Source: Candidatus Collierbacteria bacterium (GTDB taxonomy: Bacteria > Patescibacteriota > Microgenomatia > UBA1400 > MFAQ01). Taken from it: a DNA stretch of 64,000 bases. The position numbers were made by a program, and so were the translations under genes. The stretch is from NCBI GenBank assembly GCA_903884375.1, contig CAISER010000035.1:36-64035 (forward strand), given 5' to 3'. Shown one piece after another: positions 47,312 through 56,386 of the stretch (position 1 is the stretch's first letter; each line of letters begins with the position of its first letter). A model generated the notes under the pieces. It was not told where the DNA came from. It saw only the letters and a program-made list of their open reading frames with translations, and searched no databases.

Positions 47312-49587
47312 TGTCAAATACACCTGCCCTGGTATTACCATTTTCCAAAATTCATAAAGACGACATACCTCTCGTTGGTGGTAAGGGAGCGAATTTAGGC
47401 GAAATGTTTAACTTTGGTATACCTGTTCCAAATGGATTTGTCATTACTGCACAAGCTTATGAAAAAGTCATTGAACATAATGCTTTACAACCGGTAATTC
47501 GGGAAATAATAAAACAAACTGAAGTAACCAACCAAAAACAGCTCGAAAAATCAGCTATAAAAATTCAAAGACTAATTCAAACAGCTGCAATTCCCGAAGA
47601 CCTCGTTAAAGAAATATTCGATAGTTACACAAATCTCAAACCAGGAGAAAATAATCCTCTAGTTGCAGTACGATCTTCTGCCACAGCCGAAGACTTGCCC
47701 GATGCTTCATTTGCCGGACAACAAGAGTCTTTTTTGGACATTAAAGGAGAATCCAATTTGATTCAAGCGGTTAGAAGTGCATGGGCTTCACTTTGGGGAG
47801 CCAGAGCAATCTTTTATCGAGCCACAAAAGGTTACAATCACTTCAAAGTTCTTCTCGCTATTCCAGTTCAACTTATGGTTCAATCTGACGTTTCAGGAGT
47901 CCTTTTCTCTGTAAACCCAGTCACCGGTAATAAAAATCAAGTTGTCGTCGAAGCTGTTTGGGGACTTGGTGACTACATGGTTCAAGGAGTAGTTAACCCA
48001 GATCACTATATCGTAAACAAAACAGATCTCACAATACATTCTCGTCAACACACAACTCAAACGGTGATGGAAATTCACGATTATCCAAGTGGTGTCAAAA
48101 AAGTAACTGTCCCCAAAAAGATGATTGATGCCCCCAAATTAACAGATCAACAAGTAATTGACCTCGCTAAACTTTCAATGAAAGTTCATCAGCATTATTT
48201 TTTTCCTCAAGACAGTGAATTTGCTATTGAAAAAGGCAAAATATATTTAGTTCAAACTCGTCCGATTACAACACTCGACCTAAATAAAGGACCAAAACAG
48301 ATATCAGAAAATCAATTAAAGAACCTCAAGCAATTAATTCAAGGAGAACCCGCATCGTTTGGAATAGGTTTTGGAAAAGTAGTAAAAATAAAATCAGCTA
48401 AAGAAATTGACAAGGTTGAGAAAGGAGATGTTCTTGTTGCCGAAATGACTGCACCTGATTATGTTCCAGCTATGAAAAAAGCTGCCGCCATCGTAACTGA
48501 CAAAGGAGGCCAAACATCACATGCGGCTATTGTATCCAGAGAACTTGGTATTCCGGCTGTAGTTGGAGCAAAAATCGCTACAAAACAATTAAAAAACGAC
48601 CAGATAATTACCGTAAACGGTTCTACAGGCATTGTATATAACGGGGTACCTGAAAAGGGGAAGGCAATCACAGTAAAAGAGTTTAAAGAGGAAGAATTTC
48701 CAAAAACAGCTACAAAAGTTTATGTAAACCTGGGTGAACCAGCGTTAGCCTCTATTGTTGCTCAAGGGAATGCAGATGGAGTCGGTCTTCTTCGAGCTGA
48801 ATTTATGATCGCTGAAATTGGTACTCATCCAAAGAAGATGATTCGGGATGGCAAAAGTCAAGTCTTTATTGAAAAACTTGCTGATAGTTTAATTAAGTTT
48901 ACTGATAGTTTTGGTAATAGACCTGTTATTTATAGAGCTACCGATTTCAAATCAAATGAATACAAGAACCTAATCGGCGGTACAAATTATGAACCAACAG
49001 AACCAAATCCCATGCTTGGGTTTAGAGGTTGTTATCGATACATTACCGACGAGTCGGTATTTAATCTTGAACTAGAAGCAATTAAATTAGTACGAAATAA
49101 ATATGGTTATAAAAACCTTCATCTAATGATTCCTTTTGTACGAACAGTAAACGAACTAATAAAGGTTAAGGGTATTATTTCTGCATCAGGGTTATCAAGA
49201 TCTGAATCTTTTAAGCTTTGGATGATGGTTGAAATACCATCAAACGTAATTCTTTTGGATGAATTTATTTCCGTGGGGATTGATGGGGTATCCATCGGGT
49301 CAAATGACTTAACAATGTTGGTTTTAGGAACTGATCGGGATAATGAAACCGTCGCTTCGGAATTTGATGAAAGAAACCCGGCTGTTTTGTGGGCACTAGA
49401 AAAAGTAGTAAAGACAGCAGCCAAACACCATATAACCTGTTCACTTTGTGGACAAGCGGCAAGTTTATATCCTGATTTAGTCGAAAAATTGGTTAATTGG
49501 GGAATTACTTCGGTATCAGTTAGTCCCGATGCTATTGATAATACCAGAAGAGTTATTGCGCACATCGAAAAAGGAATGCTTAAATAA
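47311..49587 (+). CDS. ppsA: Phosphoenolpyruvate synthase (pyruvate, water dikinase).
   Basis: N-terminal ATP-grasp GGKGANLGEM. Phospho-His domain GGQTSHAAIVSRELGIPAVVG. C-terminal PEP-utilising TIM barrel (RAEFMIAE...CGQA). 758 aa. Confidence 0.85.
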   Translation: MSNTPALVLPFSKIHKDDIPLVGGKGANLGEMFNFGIPVPNGFVITAQAYEKVIEHNALQPVIREIIKQTEVTNQKQLEKSAIKIQRLIQTAAIPEDLVKEIFDSYTNLKPGENNPLVAVRSSATAEDLPDASFAGQQESFLDIKGESNLIQAVRSAWASLWGARAIFYRATKGYNHFKVLLAIPVQLMVQSDVSGVLFSVNPVTGNKNQVVVEAVWGLGDYMVQGVVNPDHYIVNKTDLTIHSRQHTTQTVMEIHDYPSGVKKVTVPKKMIDAPKLTDQQVIDLAKLSMKVHQHYFFPQDSEFAIEKGKIYLVQTRPITTLDLNKGPKQISENQLKNLKQLIQGEPASFGIGFGKVVKIKSAKEIDKVEKGDVLVAEMTAPDYVPAMKKAAAIVTDKGGQTSHAAIVSRELGIPAVVGAKIATKQLKNDQIITVNGSTGIVYNGVPEKGKAITVKEFKEEEFPKTATKVYVNLGEPALASIVAQGNADGVGLLRAEFMIAEIGTHPKKMIRDGKSQVFIEKLADSLIKFTDSFGNRPVIYRATDFKSNEYKNLIGGTNYEPTEPNPMLGFRGCYRYITDESVFNLELEAIKLVRNKYGYKNLHLMIPFVRTVNELIKVKGIISASGLSRSESFKLWMMVEIPSNVILLDEFISVGIDGVSIGSNDLTMLVLGTDRDNETVASEFDERNPAVLWALEKVVKTAAKHHITCSLCGQAASLYPDLVEKLVNWGITSVSVSPDAIDNTRRVIAHIEKGMLK

Positions 49588-49588
49588 A

Positions 49589-50857
49589 ATGGCAAAAATT
49601 AAATCAGTATATTCAAGAGAAATATTGGATTCCCGAGGTAATCCTACCATTGAAACGACTATTTGGACAGATAACAATCATGGTTCAGTCGCCTCTATTC
49701 CAAGTGGTGCTTCAACTGGAAAATTGGAGGCTGTCGAGTTAAGAGATGGTGATCAACAAAGGTTTAACGGGTTAGGTGTACTAAAGGCCGTTGCTAATGT
49801 AAATCAAATTATTGCTAAATATATTATTGGTCAAGATCCAACAAACCAAAATAATATCGATCAGATATTACTTAATCTTGACGGAACAGAAAACAAATCA
49901 AAATTGGGTGCCAATGCAATACTATCTGTATCTCAAGCATGTTTTGAGCTTGGTGCTGCTTGTGAAGATAAACCTACTTTTGAATACACTGTCGAAAAAT
50001 ATGGTTTAACTATACCAACGGCACTTCATTTACCAACGCCAATTTTCAATCTTATAAACGGAGGGAAACATGGAGCTGGAAATCTTGAATTCCAAGAATT
50101 CCATATTATTCCAAGCAGTCAAAAACAATTCTCTGAGGCATTAGAAATTGGTAGTGAGCTTTATCACAATTTAAAAAATATTTTAATTGAAAAAAAAGCG
50201 ATACATTCTGTCGGTGATGAGGGTGGTTTTGCTCCAAATTTATTTAGTAATACCGATGCAATAGAATTATTGGTTGAAACCGTAGAATCAAGTCGTTATA
50301 AACTTAATCAAGACGTTTTTATCGGTTTGGATATTGCAGCTTCTGAACTACTAAAAAACGGAAAATATAAAATAAGCGACGTAAAAGATAATCTTTCTGG
50401 AGAACAATTCCGAGATTTTCTTATCGATTTAAATCGAAAATATAGTCTTATTTCAATTGAAGACCCATTTGACCAAGAAGATTGGAAAGATTGGATAGAC
50501 CTTACTGCAAATATCGGAAAACAACTAATGATTGTTGGTGATGATTTACTTGTCACAAACAAAAAAAGATTAGCTGAAGCGATTGAAAAAGGAGCCTGTA
50601 ACGCAATACTAATAAAACCGAATCAAATCGGTACCATCTCTGAAACGGCCTCAGTTATAAAACTTGCCAAGAAAAATAACTTTTCAATAATCGTTTCACA
50701 TCGCTCAGGTGATACCGATGAGGATTTTCTAGCTGATTTTGCTGTAGGAGTTGGAGCTGATTTTGTAAAATTTGGAGCTCCAGGAAGAGGTGAACGTATC
50801 GCAAAATATAATCGACTATCATTCATACAAGAATATCTGGCCAGTAAAAATGGATAG
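49589..50857 (+). CDS. eno: Enolase (ORF open from 49529; the Met at 49589 follows the ppsA stop by 1 nt).
   Basis: MAKIKSVYSREILDSRGNPTIETT N-terminus. SHRSGDTEDxxIADxAV motif. Confidence 0.9.
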   Translation: MAKIKSVYSREILDSRGNPTIETTIWTDNNHGSVASIPSGASTGKLEAVELRDGDQQRFNGLGVLKAVANVNQIIAKYIIGQDPTNQNNIDQILLNLDGTENKSKLGANAILSVSQACFELGAACEDKPTFEYTVEKYGLTIPTALHLPTPIFNLINGGKHGAGNLEFQEFHIIPSSQKQFSEALEIGSELYHNLKNILIEKKAIHSVGDEGGFAPNLFSNTDAIELLVETVESSRYKLNQDVFIGLDIAASELLKNGKYKISDVKDNLSGEQFRDFLIDLNRKYSLISIEDPFDQEDWKDWIDLTANIGKQLMIVGDDLLVTNKKRLAEAIEKGACNAILIKPNQIGTISETASVIKLAKKNNFSIIVSHRSGDTDEDFLADFAVGVGADFVKFGAPGRGERIAKYNRLSFIQEYLASKNG

Positions 50858-52364
50858 CAAAAAAGTAATTCTCTGTATCCTTGACGGGTGGGGAATTGCC
50901 CCTAGTAGTCCCGGAAATGCAATTACAATCGCCAATCCCAATGTTTACAATTATTTATCATCGCACAATCCAACAACAAAATTATTGGCCTCTGGTCAAG
51001 CAGTTGGTCTACCAGATGGTCAAGATGGGAATAGTGAAACCGGCCATTTAAATATTGGTGCCGGAAGAGTTGTTTTTCAAGATTTAGCATTAATTAATAT
51101 GGCTATTGCTGATGGTAGTTTTTTCACCAATAGAGCACTACTTGATACTGTAAAACACCTAAATATTTATCAATCAAACCTACATCTAATTGGAATGATT
51201 GGGAATTCAGGAGTTCATGCCTATAACGAACATCTTTATGCTCTCATGATTTTTGCAAAAAAACAAAATATTCAAAATGTATATCTTCATCTAATTACCG
51301 ACGGGAGAGATAGTCCGATAGATAATGGCATTGAGCAAATCAAACTTGTACAAGAACAAATAAATAAAATAGGAATAGGGGAAATAGCCTCTATTGTTGG
51401 AAGATATTATGCCATGGATAGAGATCAAAGACTCGATCGGACACAGATTGCCTTTAACTGTCTAACAACAACCACTTCTAAAATAGAAAAAGATCCTCTA
51501 AGCTATCTAGAAAAATCTTATTTAAATAAAGAGTTTGACGAGTTTGTTAAACCCGTTTCGGTAGGGAAAAATCCAGATAAATCAAGAATAAAGTCTGGAG
51601 ATGCAGTTGTTTTCTTCAATTTTAGGACGGATCGCCCAAGACAGCTTACCGAAATGTTTTTAAGATCCAATATCCCAAATTTAAGATTTGTTACTATGAC
51701 CAAATATCGAAAAGATTTTCAAAATCCGGTTATGTTTTCAACTACCACTTTATCCAACACTATCGGTGAAGTAGTATCAAAACATAATTTAAACCAACTA
51801 AGAGCAGCTGAGACAGAAAAAATCGCCATGGTAAGTTATTATTTTAACGGACAAAATGAAGAAATATTTCCAGGAGAAGAGCATCTTTTTATCGATTCAC
51901 AAAAAGTACCAACCTATGATCTAACCCCTCGTATGTCCACCGACAAATTAGTTGATGATTTCATCCGAAAAATTAAAGAGAATCAATACTCCTTTTCAGT
52001 TCTAAATATCGCGTGTCCTGATATGGTGGCTCATACCGGAAAAATAGATAAAACTGTAGAGGCAATTAAAGCCACAGATGACGCAATCGGAAATTTAGTA
52101 AATTTAGCTAAAGATATTAATTCATATTTAATAATCACAGCAGATCACGGCAACGCTGAGGAATTGTTAGATATTAAAACGGGGAAAATAAATACGCAAC
52201 ACTCAACAAAGCCAGTGCCTTTTATTATTTACCACCCTAGTGATAACAATTTCCTACTTCAACCGGGGAAACTTGCTGATATCGCCCCAACCGTACTCAC
52301 GCTTCTTGACATACCCATACCCCCAGAGATGAATGGCAAAAATCTATTAGTTCGAGATTCTTGA
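50850..52364 (+). CDS. gpmI: 2,3-bisphosphoglycerate-independent phosphoglycerate mutase (ORF open from 50772; the Met at 50850 overlaps the eno stop by 8 nt).
   Basis: MDSKKVILCILDGWGIAP N-terminus. ADHGNAEEL metal-site motif. About 504 aa. Confidence 0.9.
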   Translation: MDSKKVILCILDGWGIAPSSPGNAITIANPNVYNYLSSHNPTTKLLASGQAVGLPDGQDGNSETGHLNIGAGRVVFQDLALINMAIADGSFFTNRALLDTVKHLNIYQSNLHLIGMIGNSGVHAYNEHLYALMIFAKKQNIQNVYLHLITDGRDSPIDNGIEQIKLVQEQINKIGIGEIASIVGRYYAMDRDQRLDRTQIAFNCLTTTTSKIEKDPLSYLEKSYLNKEFDEFVKPVSVGKNPDKSRIKSGDAVVFFNFRTDRPRQLTEMFLRSNIPNLRFVTMTKYRKDFQNPVMFSTTTLSNTIGEVVSKHNLNQLRAAETEKIAMVSYYFNGQNEEIFPGEEHLFIDSQKVPTYDLTPRMSTDKLVDDFIRKIKENQYSFSVLNIACPDMVAHTGKIDKTVEAIKATDDAIGNLVNLAKDINSYLIITADHGNAEELLDIKTGKINTQHSTKPVPFIIYHPSDNNFLLQPGKLADIAPTVLTLLDIPIPPEMNGKNLLVRDS

Positions 52365-52415
52365 CAATTTCAAATATATCCTATATAATAGCAGAATATT
52401 CCAAGAGGAGGAGCA

Positions 52416-52619
52416 ATGGGCAAATTAATACGAGTAGAGATAGTAATGTCAGAATCAAATGAAGGGTTAACCAGAATTTTAAACGGAAAAATATCCAAAA
52501 TTCATTCTGACAGAAATGAGGCTGTAATTAATTATGTGCCTCCGGTATACGATTTAAGTAAAGAAAAAATTCTTTGGTCGGCGCTCTTAGAGGAACATAT
52601 CGCTCATCCATTTGATTGA
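52416..52619 (+). CDS. Small hypothetical protein (67 aa).
   Basis: Strong RBS (AGAGGAGGAG) 5 nt upstream. No motif recognised. Confidence 0.35.
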   Translation: MGKLIRVEIVMSESNEGLTRILNGKISKIHSDRNEAVINYVPPVYDLSKEKILWSALLEEHIAHPFD

Positions 52620-52653
52620 AGTAATACAAAACCATCCAATAAAAGGATGGTAT

Positions 52654-53358
52654 TTATTTACCTAATGATATAAGAAGTACTAATTCGCCTTTAATTCTAG
52701 TTTTCTTCGCTGTATCCAATAATTGTGCCAAATTACCTCTAAATACTTTCTGGGAAACTTTTGTTAAATCCACAGCCAAACAAGCAGGGGATTCTTCCCC
52801 AAAAATCGCAATTGCTTCAGGCAGTATTTTTAATAGACGAAGGGGAGAGTCATAGATCACAATTGTCATTTTTGTTTTGTTTCCTATCTCCTTCAAATTA
52901 GACATCACTGCAGTTCGTTTACCAATTTTTTTGGGTAAAAATCCCACAAAAAAATATTTATCGGTAGGCAATCCAGATACAGCCAATGCAGCGCTTTCCG
53001 CTGTAGGGCCAGGAACTACATCAATCTCCCATTTCATATCTAATACCTTATTAACCAATTTGTATCCCGGGTCAGAAATTAATGGCATTCCTGCATCAGA
53101 AACAAGTATTACATTTTCCAGTGAACAAATTTCAGCCAAAATACGAGGCAGGATTTTATCCTCATTGTAGTCGTTAATAAATCTAATGGTACCTGTAAAT
53201 TTTTCTACCAGTCCGATTTGCATCAATTTACACCACAGATTATTAAACATTCGACTATCTTCGCAGATCAAATATTTTGCCTCCTGAAGTGTTTTTATTG
53301 CACGAAGAGATAAGTCATCGATATTACCGATAGGAAGACCAACAATGGTTAGTTTCAT
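52654..53358 (-). CDS. rsmI: 16S rRNA (cytidine1402-2'-O)-methyltransferase (tetrapyrrole-methylase fold).
   Basis: MKLTIVGLPIGNIDDLSLRAIKTLQEAKYLICEDSR N-terminus is typical of RsmI. Confidence 0.85.
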   Translation of the reverse strand: MKLTIVGLPIGNIDDLSLRAIKTLQEAKYLICEDSRMFNNLWCKLMQIGLVEKFTGTIRFINDYNEDKILPRILAEICSLENVILVSDAGMPLISDPGYKLVNKVLDMKWEIDVVPGPTAESAALAVSGLPTDKYFFVGFLPKKIGKRTAVMSNLKEIGNKTKMTIVIYDSPLRLLKILPEAIAIFGEESPACLAVDLTKVSQKVFRGNLAQLLDTAKKTRIKGELVLLISLGK

Positions 53359-53361
53359 TTA

Positions 53362-53979
53362 TTAAAATTTGCGTATAACACCAACGCACTTACCCTGTAC
53401 TTTAACATTAATTGCGAAAATAGGAGACATTGAGGAATTTGCCGGTTCCAAGCGCACTCTTGTTCTTTCTCTAAAAAACCGTTTTAATGTAGCCAACCCA
53501 TTTTCCAGCAAAGCCACCACAATATCACCATCTTTTACGCCGGTTACATCACACTCTTCAATAATTACATAATCATGATCAAAAATACCTTCTTCAATCA
53601 TTGAATCGCCCTTAACTTGCAGCACAAACGCTCTTTTCTTACCTGAAACCATTGAGGAGGCAACCTTCATAGAAGCATTTGGGTCAGTCAAGGGTTCTAT
53701 TGGTCGACCTGCAGCGATAAAACCTAAAATGGGCAACTCAATTGATGCAGTCTCTACGCTTCCGCGATCAACTAACGAGATACCTCGAATTGCTCCTTCA
53801 AATTTTTTAATAATATTTTTCTTTTCCAAAGCCTGAAGGTGCTCGTGTACGGTCGCCAATGATGATACTCCAATGGCTCCGGCAATTTCAGAAAGAGTGG
53901 GGGAGTAACCATTTTTTTGAATAAACTGGGAAATAAACTCCACAATTTGTCTTTGTCTTCGGTATAGTGTTACGGTCAT
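53362..53979 (-). CDS. lexA: LexA repressor (ORF also open to a TTG at 54000).
   Basis: N-terminal winged-helix (LT.RQ..I..FI......GY.PT..EIA). C-terminal S24 peptidase with the Ser-Lys dyad (GDSM...K) and the AAG cleavage site. Confidence 0.85.
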   Translation of the reverse strand: MTVTLYRRQRQIVEFISQFIQKNGYSPTLSEIAGAIGVSSLATVHEHLQALEKKNIIKKFEGAIRGISLVDRGSVETASIELPILGFIAAGRPIEPLTDPNASMKVASSMVSGKKRAFVLQVKGDSMIEEGIFDHDYVIIEECDVTGVKDGDIVVALLENGLATLKRFFRERTRVRLEPANSSMSPIFAINVKVQGKCVGVIRKF

Positions 53980-54051
53980 ACAATCATTATTACCAAACAA
54001 TACCCAAAAGTCAAGGGATAAAAAGTGCTTCTTTAAGTTAAAATATATATT

Positions 54052-56103
54052 GTGGAATTTAAGATTAAATCAGATTATCAGCCAACCGGAGATCAACCTC
54101 AAGCAATTGAGAAACTTTCTTCAGCAATTTTCAAAGGCAATCCACACCAAACCTTATTAGGAGTAACCGGATCAGGAAAAACTTTTACTATTGCCAAGGT
54201 CATCGAAAAAACACAGCTTCCTACTCTTATTATTTCACACAACAAAACACTCGCTAGTCAACTCTATCAAGAATTTCGAGATTACTTTCCAGAAAATGCT
54301 GTAAGTTATTTCGTAAGTTATTATGACTATTATCAACCGGAAGCCTACTTACCCTCTTCAGATACTTATATAGAAAAAGAAGCTGATATCAATCCTGAGA
54401 TTGACAGATTAAGATTGACAACCACAGCCAATCTATTATCCAGACCAGATAGTATCGTCATTGCCTCTGTCTCTTGTATTTACAACATTGGCTCACCTGT
54501 TGACCAAGAAAAAAATATTCTTACACTTGCGAAGGGACAGGTAATAGCAAGAGAAACTGTTCTCATGCGACTTGGAGATTTACAATACACAAGAAGTAAC
54601 ACTGAATTATCCAGAGGAACATTCAGAGCCATTGGTAACACAGTACAGCTTTATCCTTCATACAAGGACATCGTCATTTCAATAGTATTTGAGGAAAAAA
54701 GAATAAAAACTATTGATATTTTAGATCCATATAATTTTAATAACCTAGAAGATCCGGATCTACAAAATACAGGAATAATCACAATTAATCCGGCAAAATT
54801 ATTTATCACTAACCCAAAAACACAAAGTCAAGCAATCGAAAATATCCGATTTGATATGCAAAATCAAATTGATAAATTTAAAAATGAGGCTAAAACAATC
54901 GAAGCCTACAGACTAGAACAAAAGGTAAACTACGACCTTTCTATGCTTGAAGAAGTTGGTTACGTAAATGGTATTGAGAATTACTCACGCTACTTTGACG
55001 GAAGGAATCCTGGTGATCCACCGTACTCACTGATTGAATATTTTCATTACAATGCCAAAAAATTTAATAAAAAAGGATTTTTGACTGTTATCGATGAATC
55101 ACATATTAGCCTTCCTCAAATTAAAGGCATGTACAACGGTGATCAAGCTAGAAAAGATAATTTAATAAATTACGGTTTTCGTCTACCGAGCGCAAAAGAT
55201 AATCGTCCTCTGACTTTTACGGAGTTTCTATCAAGAACACCTCAAAAATTATACTGTTCAGCTACTCCTGGTGATTATGAAATCTCTCTGTCGAATGCAA
55301 GTACCATTCCAACTATAGCCGAACAACTTATTCGTCCAACCGGATTACTAGACCCAGAAGTTTTTGTTCGCCCTGTAAAAGGGCAAATCGAAGATATTAG
55401 TAAAGAAATCCTTGAAAGAAAACTTAAAGGAGAAAGAACACTCGTTCTAACGATGACAAAAAAAATGGCCGAAGATCTATCGGAGCATCTTAAGGAAAAA
55501 TACAAAATTAAAGTTGAATATCTCCACTCGGATATAAAAACATTGGATCGAGCAGATATATTGGAAAAACTACGTCTTGGAAATTTTGACTGTTTGGTAG
55601 GTATTAATCTCCTTCGAGAAGGCTTGGATCTTCCTGAAGTTTCACTCGTTGCTATATTGGATGCCGATAAAGAAGGCTTCCTTCGTACTCCAACTGCTCT
55701 GATTCAAACGATGGGAAGAGCTGCCAGACACATAAATGGCCAAGTCATTCTTTATGCTGACAAGATTTCAAACTCTATGGAAGTTGCTATAAAAGAAACC
55801 GCTCGTCGAAGAATCACTCAGGATAAATATAATCAAGAACACGGAATTATACCTGTAGGTATCAATAAGCCAATAAGAGAAGCGCTTCTTTACCGCGATA
55901 CTTCAACTCCAACTCCAAAAATAAAAGAACTCGCTGAATATGGGTGGACAGAAATAGATGATATAAACGCAGAATCGCTCACACCTCAAAAGAAAAAGAT
56001 GCTAATAACAAAACTAAAAAGATTGATGACCCAAGCAGCCAACTCTTGGAATTTTGAATTAGCAGCTCGATATCGTGATACTATCAAAAAAATAAGCTCT
56101 TGA
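54052..56103 (+). CDS. uvrB: Excinuclease ABC subunit B (GTG start).
   Basis: Walker A GVTGSGKTFT. Helicase motifs. C-terminal UVR coiled coil (ELAARYRD). Confidence 0.95.
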   Translation: MEFKIKSDYQPTGDQPQAIEKLSSAIFKGNPHQTLLGVTGSGKTFTIAKVIEKTQLPTLIISHNKTLASQLYQEFRDYFPENAVSYFVSYYDYYQPEAYLPSSDTYIEKEADINPEIDRLRLTTTANLLSRPDSIVIASVSCIYNIGSPVDQEKNILTLAKGQVIARETVLMRLGDLQYTRSNTELSRGTFRAIGNTVQLYPSYKDIVISIVFEEKRIKTIDILDPYNFNNLEDPDLQNTGIITINPAKLFITNPKTQSQAIENIRFDMQNQIDKFKNEAKTIEAYRLEQKVNYDLSMLEEVGYVNGIENYSRYFDGRNPGDPPYSLIEYFHYNAKKFNKKGFLTVIDESHISLPQIKGMYNGDQARKDNLINYGFRLPSAKDNRPLTFTEFLSRTPQKLYCSATPGDYEISLSNASTIPTIAEQLIRPTGLLDPEVFVRPVKGQIEDISKEILERKLKGERTLVLTMTKKMAEDLSEHLKEKYKIKVEYLHSDIKTLDRADILEKLRLGNFDCLVGINLLREGLDLPEVSLVAILDADKEGFLRTPTALIQTMGRAARHINGQVILYADKISNSMEVAIKETARRRITQDKYNQEHGIIPVGINKPIREALLYRDTSTPTPKIKELAEYGWTEIDDINAESLTPQKKKMLITKLKRLMTQAANSWNFELAARYRDTIKKISS

Positions 56104-56386
56104 TTTCTCAAGAGCTTATATCCTCAATTACCTGTCAAAAAATACTTTTTTTCATCGCCCGATAAGGCGAGGAAATCTTTCTGGGACATTACTGTCCCAT
56201 CAAAACCAATCACTACATTCTCTCCCATATTCTCTCCTTTTTAATTTTTTAATCAGCCTAGGTCTAGGCTGAACGATGCCATATCATATCAAACCCTATA
56301 GCATTTGTCAAGTCCACCCAAAACCTCTCAAGAAATACCAACACGATTCGGGTATTATTGGGATTAAAGTGCTAAAATAATAAGTT

